Below the pieces are notes generated by a model. It saw only the letters and a list, made by a program, of their open reading frames with translations. It was not told the origin of the DNA and did no database searches. Made by a program: the position numbers and the translations under genes. A stretch of DNA of 27,199 bases from a virus (taxonomy: Duplodnaviria; Caudoviricetes): IMG/VR virus record IMGVR_UViG_3300023178_003433, positions 1-27,199 of that record, one strand, 5' to 3'. Below are positions 8,124 to 17,395 of this stretch, in pieces. Numbering within the stretch: the stretch's first letter is position 1; each line of letters starts with the position of its first letter.

Positions 8124-9369
8124 GTATTCTCTCCACAATTTTTGTTGTGCTGTGTCCTTCTACTGTAGGAAAAATAACAACATCAGCTAAACCGTTGCCT
8201 ACTACAGTATGGATACTATAATCGCCACCTTTTACTATTATACTAGGTTTTACTTTTTTAATTAAGTCTATAGGAGTATCTTCATCAAAGATAACAACTT
8301 CGTCTACCCACGGCAAAGTTTCAAGTTGTTCTTTTCTTTTATCTTGATTATTCAGTGGTCTATCGTTTCCTTTTAGACGTTTAGTGCTTGCGTCTGAATT
8401 AATACCAACAACTAATTTTTCACCTTTGGATTTTGCAAATTCTAATAGTTTAAGATGTCCTGTGTGCAGTATATCAAATACACCGTTAGTAAAAATAATT
8501 TCTCTTTTTAAATCTTCGTGCGTCACTACATGCACACCCCTGTGTTCAACTGCTCTTGCAGCTGCATAGCATGCCTTTTCAGCACCTAAAAAAACATCCT
8601 GTGTAGTTTGCAAGTAGTATGCAATCACTGCTAAAACTGTGTCTCCTGCTCCTGTGACATCTGCTACTTCTTTCACAGGTTCTTTGAAATGTGCAAATTC
8701 GCCTTTATGATTGTGTACATAAATTCCTTTAGCACCATCTGTGACAACTAACCATTTCCAACCATATTCTTTTATCTTCTCAAAAGCAGATGATTTTGAA
8801 TATGTTCCAAACCAAGATTTGTATTCTTTCATGTTAGGTTTAACAAGGAATGCATCTTGATAATATTCAGGACTTTGTTTAGGATCAACTAAAACTATAC
8901 AGTCTTTGCTAATTAATTCTTTTACAGTATCCTTTGTAATTGTGCCTTTATTATAATCACTTATACATACAATATCTCCAGGCTGGACAGAGTTTTTTAA
9001 CCTAGAAAATGATGCTTTGCCGTTATACTTTTCTTCTCGGTCCCAGCGCATTATGTGTTGACCGCTTTGCCCTACTAATCTATTCTTTGTAGTTGTTATC
9101 TTTGCATCTATAGTAAAACCACAATCTATATTTTCATATTTACTAAAGCATTCTATTAGTTTAAAACCTTCTTTGTCATCACCTATTGCACCAAATATTC
9201 CTATAGTACCTTCGAGACTTGCAATGTTAAGAGCAAGATTTGCTGCTCCACCTGGTCTATTTTCTTGCCGTGTTTCTTTCAATACAGGAACAGGTGCTTC
9301 AGGACTTATACGATTGGCCTTGCCAATTATCCACCTATCCAGCATAATATCGCCATAAACTTTTATCAT
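8110..9369 (-). CDS. hldE: Bifunctional heptose-7-phosphate kinase / heptose-1-phosphate nucleotidyltransferase
   Basis: Kinase domain: GDIMLD, RISPEAPVPV, GGAANLA, SDYNKG, VDPK, DVTGAGDT. Transferase domain: FTNGVFDILHTGH, GINSDAS, KGGDY, GHSTT. Confidence 0.93.
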   Translation of the reverse strand: MIKVYGDIMLDRWIIGKANRISPEAPVPVLKETRQENRPGGAANLALNIASLEGTIGIFGAIGDDKEGFKLIECFSKYENIDCGFTIDAKITTTKNRLVGQSGQHIMRWDREEKYNGKASFSRLKNSVQPGDIVCISDYNKGTITKDTVKELISKDCIVLVDPKQSPEYYQDAFLVKPNMKEYKSWFGTYSKSSAFEKIKEYGWKWLVVTDGAKGIYVHNHKGEFAHFKEPVKEVADVTGAGDTVLAVIAYYLQTTQDVFLGAEKACYAAARAVEHRGVHVVTHEDLKREIIFTNGVFDILHTGHLKLLEFAKSKGEKLVVGINSDASTKRLKGNDRPLNNQDKRKEQLETLPWVDEVVIFDEDTPIDLIKKVKPSIIVKGGDYSIHTVVGNGLADVVIFPTVEGHSTTKIVERIHDKT

Positions 9370-9376
9370 TATATGT

Positions 9377-9425
9377 TATTTACGCTATCAATATTGCTGA
9401 TTTAGCAAAGTTGAATGCGTAAATA
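9377..9425. promoter_or_regulatory. Back-to-back late promoters formed by a 9-bp inverted repeat (TATTTACGC ... GCGTAAATA)
   Basis: tatttacgc at 9377-9385 and gcgtaaata at 9417-9425. Each TAAATA points to an ATG 7 nt (9369, minus) or 4 nt (9430, plus) away. Confidence 0.65.
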
Positions 9426-9429
9426 TTAC

Positions 9430-10035
9430 ATGCTTACAATTAAACAAACAAATCTTCATAAAGAAAAAGCAGTAGGATCATTTTTTATAGACCATCCTAT
9501 GCCTGTGCATACCTGCATGTTGAATGTTGAAGATAATAAAATTATTGAGCATTTTTTAAAGATAAAAAATACGCAAGAATCTGCACTAGACAATATTTCT
9601 GGCTGGACAAGTGACTTTAACATACATGAAACACAGCCTATAGTTCTTGACCTGTTCAAACAAATAATAAAAATTTATACTAAAGAAATTTGTCCTATTA
9701 GAGGAAATCCAGAAAGCAAATCATTAACTATTGACGCTAATATGTGGTTTAGTGAATACTTACCAGAAGATTATGCTGATGAGCATTTCCATACATGTTT
9801 GCCTAGAATTAGTTTTGTTTACTATTTAGATTGCGAACAAGATTCTAGTCCATTAACGTTTTGTCAAAAACATCATTTACCATATGGAGAATATAAAACT
9901 GTGAAAGAAATTGATCTTGAAATTAAACAAGGTATGTGTGTATTTTTTCCTCCTTTTTTATACCATAAAGTTGCAAAAACATCAAGTAAAAGATTTGTAA
10001 TAGCAGGAAACATATTAGATGTCTACGGAGAATAA
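9430..10035 (+). CDS. Putative 2OG-Fe(II) oxygenase (TIGR02466/2OG-FeII_Oxy_5-like)
   Basis: MWFSEY...ADEHFH...ISFVYYL...FFPPFLYHKV...RFVIAGNI. ATG 9430 is chosen because the upstream ATG at 9415 precedes and overlaps the promoter box. Confidence 0.8.
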   Translation: MLTIKQTNLHKEKAVGSFFIDHPMPVHTCMLNVEDNKIIEHFLKIKNTQESALDNISGWTSDFNIHETQPIVLDLFKQIIKIYTKEICPIRGNPESKSLTIDANMWFSEYLPEDYADEHFHTCLPRISFVYYLDCEQDSSPLTFCQKHHLPYGEYKTVKEIDLEIKQGMCVFFPPFLYHKVAKTSSKRFVIAGNILDVYGE

Positions 10036-10963
10036 ATCACTTTGTGCTGCTTTTTGGCAACACACTAATATACGTCCAGGTGACAGAGTATATCCGTGCT
10101 GTCGTTTTAAGGCAAGCATAAAAAAGTTTGACGGAGACTTAGAAAATATTTTAGACAGTAAAGAATATAAAAATTTACAAAATTTAAGTAAACAAGGTAA
10201 AAAAATTAATGGCTGTGAAAAATGTTATTATGAAGAAGAAATTGGACATAAAAGTTTACGTCAAGAATTTAATGAAAAATATAGTTTTGAAAAGAAATTA
10301 ACATATTTAGAGATTGGAATGGACAATCTCTGCAACATGGCTTGTGATGGTTGCAATTCCGAGTTCAGCACTCAATGGATGGCAATCGAAAAAGAAAAAT
10401 ATGGTAAGCCATTGCACGGACATTTAAAAGTTGCAGATATAAACAAAATTCCAGAGTCTGTAGAAAAAATATTATTTTTAGGAGGGGAGCCGTTGCTGAC
10501 TGACAAACACTTATCTCTGTTAAAAACACACCCACAACCTAATAAATGTCATGTTGTTTACAACACTAACACAAGTATTATACCTAACAAAAATTGCACA
10601 GATGTATGGAGTAATTTTGCTAAAGTAAGTTTTATTGCAAGTATTGACGGATACAAAGAGGCTAATGAAAAAGTCCGCAAAGGCAGTGATTGGAAACAAA
10701 CAGTAAACTTTTTAGAGTGGACTATTAACAACAGTTATGATTTACAGATTAATTCTGTAATACATAAAAATAATTTATTTGAAATGTTTAAATTAGAAAA
10801 ATTTATAAAAAACTATACTCCGAATTGGTATGTAAATGTTTTAACATATCCTTTTGAATTAGATATAAAAAACACACCCAATTCGGAATTAGAAAAATTT
10901 AAATTAAAGTTGGAAAAAAGTAATATTCCTAACAAAGAATTTATTACCAATCACATAAATTAG
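10019..10963 (+). CDS. Radical SAM protein with N-terminal SPASM/twitch-like Cys motif
   Basis: CNMACDGC, GGEPLL and YNTN. N-terminal LCAAFW...VYPCC...GCEKCY. Confidence 0.88.
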   Translation: MSTENKSLCAAFWQHTNIRPGDRVYPCCRFKASIKKFDGDLENILDSKEYKNLQNLSKQGKKINGCEKCYYEEEIGHKSLRQEFNEKYSFEKKLTYLEIGMDNLCNMACDGCNSEFSTQWMAIEKEKYGKPLHGHLKVADINKIPESVEKILFLGGEPLLTDKHLSLLKTHPQPNKCHVVYNTNTSIIPNKNCTDVWSNFAKVSFIASIDGYKEANEKVRKGSDWKQTVNFLEWTINNSYDLQINSVIHKNNLFEMFKLEKFIKNYTPNWYVNVLTYPFELDIKNTPNSELEKFKLKLEKSNIPNKEFITNHIN

Positions 10964-11592
10964 TAAACTTCTGCTTCGTTCTTTTCTTGTAAATCGCCTG
11001 CTCTATTACCATGTACAATTAGTTCAGGATCACAATCCATACAGAAGTTAAACATACGGATTTTTAAATCATAAGAATAATTTACTTCTTCTGCCATAGC
11101 ATCTGTCAATTTTGCATCTAGTTTTGCTCTTAATGAATCTACAGATTCGCTAAACTGGAACATTTTATTTGCGCCAGGCAGTTTGTTGAGGTCAATACGT
11201 GTGCTTAGTTCAAGTAAATCGCCGTGCATAGCGTATGCATGAGCTAGAGCCTGCATTGTGTCATTAATGTCATCTTCAACAAGATGTTTAATTCTTTTTT
11301 GCATATCAGTAGTTGATCTGCTTGGCTGTGGCATTGTTTTTTTGCCTAGCATGCCCTTCCAAATTTCTTCAAAATCGTCACGAACATGTTCGTATCTTTT
11401 CAATGCTTCCATACCACTGAAAATACCCAATGGCTCAAGCCAATCTTCAATAGCATCGTATCTACCTAGTTGTTCCCAAAGATATATTGCATATCTTTCG
11501 TCTGTTATTTGACCGCTAAGTAATTTTTGATAAAAAGGGTGACTTTCTACCTCTTGTAATTTTTTAGCAGTTAGTGATCTCAAGTTTGACAT
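10960..11592 (-). CDS. Heme oxygenase-fold protein with degenerate active site
   Basis: LRSLTAKKLQEVESHPF.QKLLSGQI...Y..YL...YDAIE...AHAYAMHGDL...MAEEVNYSY aligns by eye to HO-type proteins. Proximal His and distal GG appear absent. AAGGA SD. Confidence 0.65.
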   Translation of the reverse strand: MSNLRSLTAKKLQEVESHPFYQKLLSGQITDERYAIYLWEQLGRYDAIEDWLEPLGIFSGMEALKRYEHVRDDFEEIWKGMLGKKTMPQPSRSTTDMQKRIKHLVEDDINDTMQALAHAYAMHGDLLELSTRIDLNKLPGANKMFQFSESVDSLRAKLDAKLTDAMAEEVNYSYDLKIRMFNFCMDCDPELIVHGNRAGDLQEKNEAEVY

Positions 11593-11614
11593 ATTACCAT
11601 CCTTACATTAATAT

Positions 11615-11622
11615 TATTTATC
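11615..11622 (-). promoter_or_regulatory. T4-late-like promoter box GATAAATA
   Basis: Intergenic, 22 nt upstream of ATG 11592, with SD between. Confidence 0.55.
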
Positions 11623-11626
11623 AAAA

Positions 11627-12499
11627 TTATGGACGCCAACCATCGTCTGAAAACCCCTGTTGGTTCCTATTTACCCATCCTATTTTACTTAAAACAATAG
11701 GATTTTGGTCTTGTAAAATATGCATATATTTATCAACCAGCTGTATTGCTTTATCATTTAAATGATCTACACCTAAATACGGTAATACATGCTGTTCTAC
11801 ATATTTTTTATGCTCATTAGGCAAAGGGTGAGTCTCTGGCAATAGATGGCTATTATATTTTTCTCCGACGTCTGGAATACTCTTTGGTCTGCTTGCAAAA
11901 AACTCATCAGTAGTAGAAAAATTCAATGCATTTAGTATTGGTTCTACATCTAGTTTTATGTTATTTTCATATACAGATAGTATTTTTCCTAAGTTATCTA
12001 TCGTTAAAAGAGTATTTTCTTTAAATTCATCATACACTTCATATGTTTCCGTAAATTTTCTAAAACCTGTGAAAAGAACCTTACAGCCTGTAGCTTGAAG
12101 AGCTAATCTAGCACTTGATATCATTGCACAGTCACGCATTGTGCAATGTAAAAAATCTGCCCATTGCAATTCATCTTCATAATCAAAGTTATTAAGTGAA
12201 AACTTGGAAGTTTTTAGCCTAGCCATGTCGAACCCGCCTGGACAATACCACCCATTGTCTTCATGATATCTGTCTTCTCTAAACATGCTTGTCCATTGCA
12301 CTAAAACAATATCATCTGATGTAAATTTGTGCAGTGTATTTGCTTCAAATATTTTTGTAAAAATATACTGATTGCCAGCGCCGCTCTTACCCCAATTCAA
12401 AGTTTCGTATCCTAATTCTTTGTAGTGTGCTAGAACAATATCAGCCCATGTAGGATAAAAATACTGTGTCAAACTACATCCAAACGCAAATATTCTCAT
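11627..12499 (-). CDS. SGNH/GDSL-hydrolase-like phage protein
   Basis: RIFAFGCSLT (block I-like), NWGKSGAGN (block II), VQWTSMFRED, PETHP (block V-like). ATG 12499 is coupled by TAATG to the upstream paralog. Confidence 0.6.
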   Translation of the reverse strand: MRIFAFGCSLTQYFYPTWADIVLAHYKELGYETLNWGKSGAGNQYIFTKIFEANTLHKFTSDDIVLVQWTSMFREDRYHEDNGWYCPGGFDMARLKTSKFSLNNFDYEDELQWADFLHCTMRDCAMISSARLALQATGCKVLFTGFRKFTETYEVYDEFKENTLLTIDNLGKILSVYENNIKLDVEPILNALNFSTTDEFFASRPKSIPDVGEKYNSHLLPETHPLPNEHKKYVEQHVLPYLGVDHLNDKAIQLVDKYMHILQDQNPIVLSKIGWVNRNQQGFSDDGWRP

Positions 12500-13317
12500 T
12501 ATTTTAAAATCCAATCATTTGAATTAGTATTCCAATCAGGCACCGGGTAATAACCATCTGGTAATTTATACAATTTTTCTTGCCAATATTCTGCAAAATC
12601 CTTATGTTTTTTACTCAGCTCTATATCTAGTCTAGGTGCAAGTATGTTTTCAACATAAGAATAATGTTCTAAAGGTAAAGGATGATCTTCAATTACCCAT
12701 TCTAAAGGACTGCTTTCGTGTCTATATTTAGGTCTAGTGTTATCATTCTCTATCCATTGCTCAGATAAAAAGTTTTGTATCGCACAAACATTAGGTTCTA
12801 ACCAAGTTTTATATTTTTTAAGAAAGTAGTTTAGGTCTGTTATGTCTAGTAAGTCATTATCACTATAGGGATCAATTACGTGAGTGCTTATAACTTTTGC
12901 TCCTGTATTTTTTAATCCTTCTAATGTGCTTGTAATTATCATACAGTCTCTATACAGAAAATGTGCAACGTCCTTCCATTGATTTTCATTAGTAAAAGTA
13001 AAATTATTTATTGTTGCTGGTGCTGAAAATTTATTATGAAATATGCTTCCTGGACAATGCCATCCTTTACCATTAATATACCTATCATCTCGGAAGAAAT
13101 TACTCCAACATATAACAATAATATCATTTTTTGTAAAATTTTTGTTTGCGTGTTGCTCCCATATTCTACTTGATATTAATTGATTACCACTTCCAGTTCT
13201 TCCGTTGTTGAATCCTTCTACGTTGTTATCCTTAAAATACTCAATTAAAATATCTGCCCAAGTAGGATATTGATATTTGGTAAAACTACAACCGAAAGCA
13301 TAAAAATTAGCCATCAT
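12499..13317 (-). CDS. SGNH/GDSL-hydrolase-like phage protein (paralog of 11627..12499)
   Basis: FYAFGCSFT.Y.YPTWADI, NNGRTGSGN, WSNFFRDDRY, GWHCPG, RDC, EDHPLP are shared with the neighbour. AGGAG SD. Confidence 0.6.
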   Translation of the reverse strand: MMANFYAFGCSFTKYQYPTWADILIEYFKDNNVEGFNNGRTGSGNQLISSRIWEQHANKNFTKNDIIVICWSNFFRDDRYINGKGWHCPGSIFHNKFSAPATINNFTFTNENQWKDVAHFLYRDCMIITSTLEGLKNTGAKVISTHVIDPYSDNDLLDITDLNYFLKKYKTWLEPNVCAIQNFLSEQWIENDNTRPKYRHESSPLEWVIEDHPLPLEHYSYVENILAPRLDIELSKKHKDFAEYWQEKLYKLPDGYYPVPDWNTNSNDWILK

Positions 13318-14764
13318 GACTCCTAATCATCTCTAGTATTTCTTTGTGTTTCACAAACTTACCTGTTTTTAAAAGATTGTCAAAGTCGAGCATCTTATTT
13401 TTACAATATTTTTGTATATTGTCAGGAAATGCCATAAACTGTTTTGACAAACTTTTTTGATCAAGTAGTCCTAAACTGTACGCTACTATGAAAAAGTTTT
13501 TTGCTAAGAACAACACACTGTCGCTACCTAATGTGCAGTCGTTGTTGACCGGCATCCTGTGTTTCCACATGTCTAGTTTGTGACTTAGACTCGGAGTGAG
13601 TGGTAATGTTTTCACATGCTTCCAAAATTCTGTATCATTTCTGCCTCCTAAATAATGTAGTTGAACAAAATCTAAAATATTTTCCATAATTGCTGTTGTT
13701 TCATTATTATACTGATCTATGTTGGATTGATTATAACCAAAAATTTTGTTAGCAAGTAAAAAACTTTGTTGTATACTCGTGCCTATACTAGTTGCCTCTA
13801 GCGGCTCAACAAAATTTGCACTGAGTCCTATTGCACATACATTTTTTATCCACGGATTTTTAAGACATCCCGGTTCAAACTCAATTTTTTTCTTTACTTC
13901 AACAGTATGTCCTAGAAATTTTTCTACTTCTGCTTTTGCATCATGTTCATTTATAAAGTGCTTATCATAAATGTATCCGTTGCCCTTCCTACCCCATACA
14001 GGAATACGAAACATCCACCCTGCATCCATCGCTCGTGCCAAAGTATAACTCGGATAGTCATTATTTTCAGTTGGAAATACTATTGCTGTATTCAAAGGTA
14101 AGTGTTCTTTATAACTTTTCCATTTTGCCCCCATTTTGCTTATCAATAGTCTTTTAAATCCTGTAGAGTCTACGTAAAAATCATAATTGTGTATAGATTT
14201 TCCCTGTAGGTAATTTATTGACCCGTCTTCGTTGTAAAAGATATTATCTATTTCATCATCATATATTTTTATACCCTTTGATGTAGCAAAGTCTGTCAAA
14301 AATTCATTCAATTTTTGTGTATTGAAATGATATTGGCTTACTGGCGACTCTGTTATATTTTTTTCTTGCTCAGGAAGAAGAGAAACTAAACTATTCCAGT
14401 TTGGTGAAAGGACTAGGTCCTTTGGTTTTACATTCTTTGCCCCTAAATAACTATACATTATTGATATGTCGAAAAAATTGTCTGTAAAATAATGTTCAAC
14501 GCTATGCAAGTAATCTTCTTCACACCAATTTTCAAACATTATACCTGTTTTATATGTTGCATCACATTTTTTAATAATATCTTTGTGTGATATCCCAACA
14601 TATTCCATAAAACTTTGCCAATGTTCTGTGGTTCCTTCACCTACGCCAATAGTGCCTATCTTAGATGAACGTATAATATCTATAATCATCTTAGGATACG
14701 TTTGTTTTAAGATTAATGCTGCGACAAACCCTGCTGTGCCGCCTCCGACTACTGCTATCTTCAT
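13307..14764 (-). CDS. Flavin-dependent halogenase (tryptophan halogenase/PrnA family)
   Basis: KIAVVGGGTAG, IGVGEGT, catalytic-Lys context CDATYKTGIMF, GWMFRIP (WxWxIP variant), FVEPLEATSI. ATG 14764 is preferred over 14833. Confidence 0.9.
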   Translation of the reverse strand: MKIAVVGGGTAGFVAALILKQTYPKMIIDIIRSSKIGTIGVGEGTTEHWQSFMEYVGISHKDIIKKCDATYKTGIMFENWCEEDYLHSVEHYFTDNFFDISIMYSYLGAKNVKPKDLVLSPNWNSLVSLLPEQEKNITESPVSQYHFNTQKLNEFLTDFATSKGIKIYDDEIDNIFYNEDGSINYLQGKSIHNYDFYVDSTGFKRLLISKMGAKWKSYKEHLPLNTAIVFPTENNDYPSYTLARAMDAGWMFRIPVWGRKGNGYIYDKHFINEHDAKAEVEKFLGHTVEVKKKIEFEPGCLKNPWIKNVCAIGLSANFVEPLEATSIGTSIQQSFLLANKIFGYNQSNIDQYNNETTAIMENILDFVQLHYLGGRNDTEFWKHVKTLPLTPSLSHKLDMWKHRMPVNNDCTLGSDSVLFLAKNFFIVAYSLGLLDQKSLSKQFMAFPDNIQKYCKNKMLDFDNLLKTGKFVKHKEILEMIRSHDG

Positions 14765-14769
14765 GATAA

Positions 14770-14822
14770 TATTTATAGACCCAACCAGTTCTTCGTAAAC
14801 AGGTGTGATTGACTTGTAAATA
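14770..14822. promoter_or_regulatory. Back-to-back late promoters: TATAAATA (minus, 14777-14770) and TGTAAATA (plus, 14815-14822)
   Basis: The minus box is an exact T4 late consensus. Each box lies exactly 5 nt before an ATG (14764 and 14828), with no SD. Confidence 0.72.
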
Positions 14823-14827
14823 ACTGT

Positions 14828-15421
14828 ATGCAAACAGTCCCTTTATTTGATCATAGCCTTTATGCAATAGAATTTGAGAACCATAAAGAAAACAAAGAAA
14901 AAGCTCTAAAGGTTATACACGATATTTCACAAAAAAGCATAAATTGCAATAATATGCATCATGCTCAAGTGCATCAAACAGTTCCTGGCCTTCAAATGAA
15001 TAATGCTTTTAAGTATGTTGTAAAATCTCAAGGCTTAGGACAATTTGCACAACAGATGCATAGAAATATAGGTCTTCCAGCAGAAAGAGATTTACAAGTT
15101 GTCAATATGTGTGCTTATATTGTTCCTCCCGGGGCACAATTAAAGATGCACGATCAGTATGGCTTTTATTCTGCAAATTATTTTATACATTCTCCTGCAA
15201 ATTCAGGAATGTTTATCATAGATTCTAATATACACTGTAGATTTTTTGAATTAGTAGGAGTCACCGAGCAAAACGAATGGAATTCACACACTAGAGCTTT
15301 CAATATGCCAGAAAGCGGCTGTTATATTGTGCCAAGTCATCTAAAAGTTGGAACTACTACGAACAATAGCGATGATACTGCTGTAATTTTACAATTTGTA
15401 CTAGACGTTGTTGAAAAATAA
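14828..15421 (+). CDS. 2OG-Fe(II) oxygenase-fold protein (TIGR02466-like) with degenerate iron ligands
   Basis: YIVPPGAQLKMHDQ..YSANYFI.SP.NSG...YIVPSHLKVGTTTNNS...ILQF follows the family pattern, but HxH is replaced by HDQ and the distal His position is substituted. Confidence 0.65.
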   Translation: MQTVPLFDHSLYAIEFENHKENKEKALKVIHDISQKSINCNNMHHAQVHQTVPGLQMNNAFKYVVKSQGLGQFAQQMHRNIGLPAERDLQVVNMCAYIVPPGAQLKMHDQYGFYSANYFIHSPANSGMFIIDSNIHCRFFELVGVTEQNEWNSHTRAFNMPESGCYIVPSHLKVGTTTNNSDDTAVILQFVLDVVEK

Positions 15422-16266
15422 TGAAAATATTTGTTCTAAAAAACACAAATTCATATATTGCTTACGAATGTTGTAAAGCATTTAAATCTTTGTCAAAAAA
15501 ACAAAAAGAATTTAGTGTAATATTTGATAAAGTATATGAATTTGTCTATCACGTCCCAGAACTAGTAGGAAAGATACACAGTTCTGAGGATCATAATATT
15601 TCTAAAATGTTTTTTAATAATGAAACTGTGTTAATTGATTTTTCTATAGATTGGTTTTTGTGTAATGAAAATCCTATACAATATGCAAAAAATAAAATTT
15701 TAGGCGAAGATTATATTACAGATACTATCAACATTAGTGTTAATGACACTGTTATTCAAAAAATAAACAATAAATTGCAAGAATCAAATGTACACAATTA
15801 TAGTTTTGTGTATTTAGGCGATATTAACAAAAATTTATATAGTAAACTTAAAGATTATTTGTCTGAAAGAGTCAATGTTGTCGAAAAAATTGACGGTTGT
15901 ACTGATTTAGAATTATATCAGTTAATAAAAAGCTGTGATTGTGCTATCGTTCCTACTGGTATAGAACAAAGTATAGCCGATGACCTTGGTAAAACTAATT
16001 TTGTGGTAGTAGAACAGGCTAATCCATACATTGCAAACAATAATTCATATGTTTTTGATCCTTTTAAGAACGATTTCTATAAAACTATTCCTAATTATTT
16101 TTCTACAGATAGCAAACATACTTTACAAGCCAATAATCAATTTCTATCTGATCCAAAAATATTAGATTTGTTAATTAAAGAATTATTCGATTGCTTTGAT
16201 AATATTGAGTTGCCTTATGTTAATTTTGATGAAACCAATATAGCAATCGACTTACCAAAAACATAG
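15421..16266 (+). CDS. Hypothetical protein, possible divergent GT9/GT-B fold
   Basis: DLELYQLIKSCDCAIVPTGIEQSIADDLGKTNFVV resembles the GT9 C-terminal segment (L.el.alI..ad..ig.DSG..HlA.alg.pt) without the DSG/H residues. Confidence 0.45.
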   Translation: MKIFVLKNTNSYIAYECCKAFKSLSKKQKEFSVIFDKVYEFVYHVPELVGKIHSSEDHNISKMFFNNETVLIDFSIDWFLCNENPIQYAKNKILGEDYITDTINISVNDTVIQKINNKLQESNVHNYSFVYLGDINKNLYSKLKDYLSERVNVVEKIDGCTDLELYQLIKSCDCAIVPTGIEQSIADDLGKTNFVVVEQANPYIANNNSYVFDPFKNDFYKTIPNYFSTDSKHTLQANNQFLSDPKILDLLIKELFDCFDNIELPYVNFDETNIAIDLPKT

Positions 16267-17395
16267 GCTCTGCTTGATTGTAAAGTTCAGTATATCTTCT
16301 GTAATTATGTTCTAATATAGGCGTAATGTCCTGATACAATCGTTTCATTTCTTGTAAGTTAAGTTGATTGAGCTTGTTAACTTGCTCTAATGCCATTTGT
16401 AAACGTCTATCGTTGTTTAGTTCTTTGTCATATGATTCATCTATGATACTATCAAACGTAAAGAATCCGTGTTCTCTTAGAGTTTGCAAAGTATTTGGCA
16501 GTCCTATTACAATAAAAGGATGGTGATAAGCAAAACATTTTACAACTTTTTCAGTAAACTGTATTTGATCTTTAGCAGCAAAATCTCCTTCAGTGACAAT
16601 ACTCCAATAACTGTCATCAAAATAATTTTCTAAAGCTGGTAAATGACATGCAAATGCTTTGTATTGATGTTCTTGTACATCTAGTATCAAAGGAAGATGC
16701 TTTTTAAGTCTTTCTTTAGACTCTTTTGTAAGCACAGTTCTGCGTAAATCTTCGTCTTGGTATTTTTCTACTGAAGGATTTTGTGTGAAATTTTTATTAT
16801 CTAATAAAGCTGAATATTCTCCTAAAAAACAACTTGCATGAGTGTGTTTTAAAATATCTTTTTCAATAAGATAGTCTATTGTTCTTAATCTATGTACTCT
16901 TTCCTGTCTATTTACACACAAAAATTTCTTACTTCTTAATTTTTTGTTAATAGTATGATTAAGAAATTGTGTTTCTATACCGTCATACACAGGCAAATGC
17001 AAATGAATATTCAAATAATGAAATTTACCTTTTTCTACTTTCTGTTGTAATTTTTTATTAGAACTTAGAATCATATAATCAGTTATTTTTTTGTTATTTT
17101 TACAAAGGTCTGTAAATTTTTCAATAAATTCGTTATCTATTAATCCCTCATAACAATCATCAATTACAATATAGAATTCATTTGCTTTTACATTGGGTAG
17201 TGTTTCTGCAATAAGTTCTAAAGTTTGTGTATTATTACCTACATATTCCATAAACAACACAATTTTATCATGATGCTTGCTAGAATCATCCATTCCTAAA
17301 CTTCTAAATTTGATAATATCATCAAAATGTTGTTTGACTAGATTACCAAATATTCTAGATCCACTGTATAATAGTAAAGCAGGATATGTTTTCAT
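16220..17395 (-). CDS. Conserved phage protein, putative GT-B-fold glycosyltransferase-like
   Basis: KKFLCVNRQERVHR, SYWSIVTE, FTEKVVK...HPFIVIG, GFFTFDSIIDESYD. The E...TEK...P pattern resembles GT10-like nucleotide-binding motifs. Confidence 0.5.
   Translation of the reverse strand: MKTYPALLLYSGSRIFGNLVKQHFDDIIKFRSLGMDDSSKHHDKIVLFMEYVGNNTQTLELIAETLPNVKANEFYIVIDDCYEGLIDNEFIEKFTDLCKNNKKITDYMILSSNKKLQQKVEKGKFHYLNIHLHLPVYDGIETQFLNHTINKKLRSKKFLCVNRQERVHRLRTIDYLIEKDILKHTHASCFLGEYSALLDNKNFTQNPSVEKYQDEDLRRTVLTKESKERLKKHLPLILDVQEHQYKAFACHLPALENYFDDSYWSIVTEGDFAAKDQIQFTEKVVKCFAYHHPFIVIGLPNTLQTLREHGFFTFDSIIDESYDKELNNDRRLQMALEQVNKLNQLNLQEMKRLYQDITPILEHNYRRYTELYNQAEPMFLVSRLLYWFHQN

Noticed and set aside
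8110-8175. HldE variant making CDP/UDP-heptose (Arg immediately before STT)
   Set aside because: The sequence reads EGHSTT with His at that position, so the motif as I recall it is not met.
14765-14833. N-terminal extension of the halogenase in the ORF track (likewise starts at 8138, 9415 and 12514)
   Set aside because: The extensions run across promoter boxes or neighbouring genes. Downstream ATGs fit family N-termini, SD sites or coupling better.
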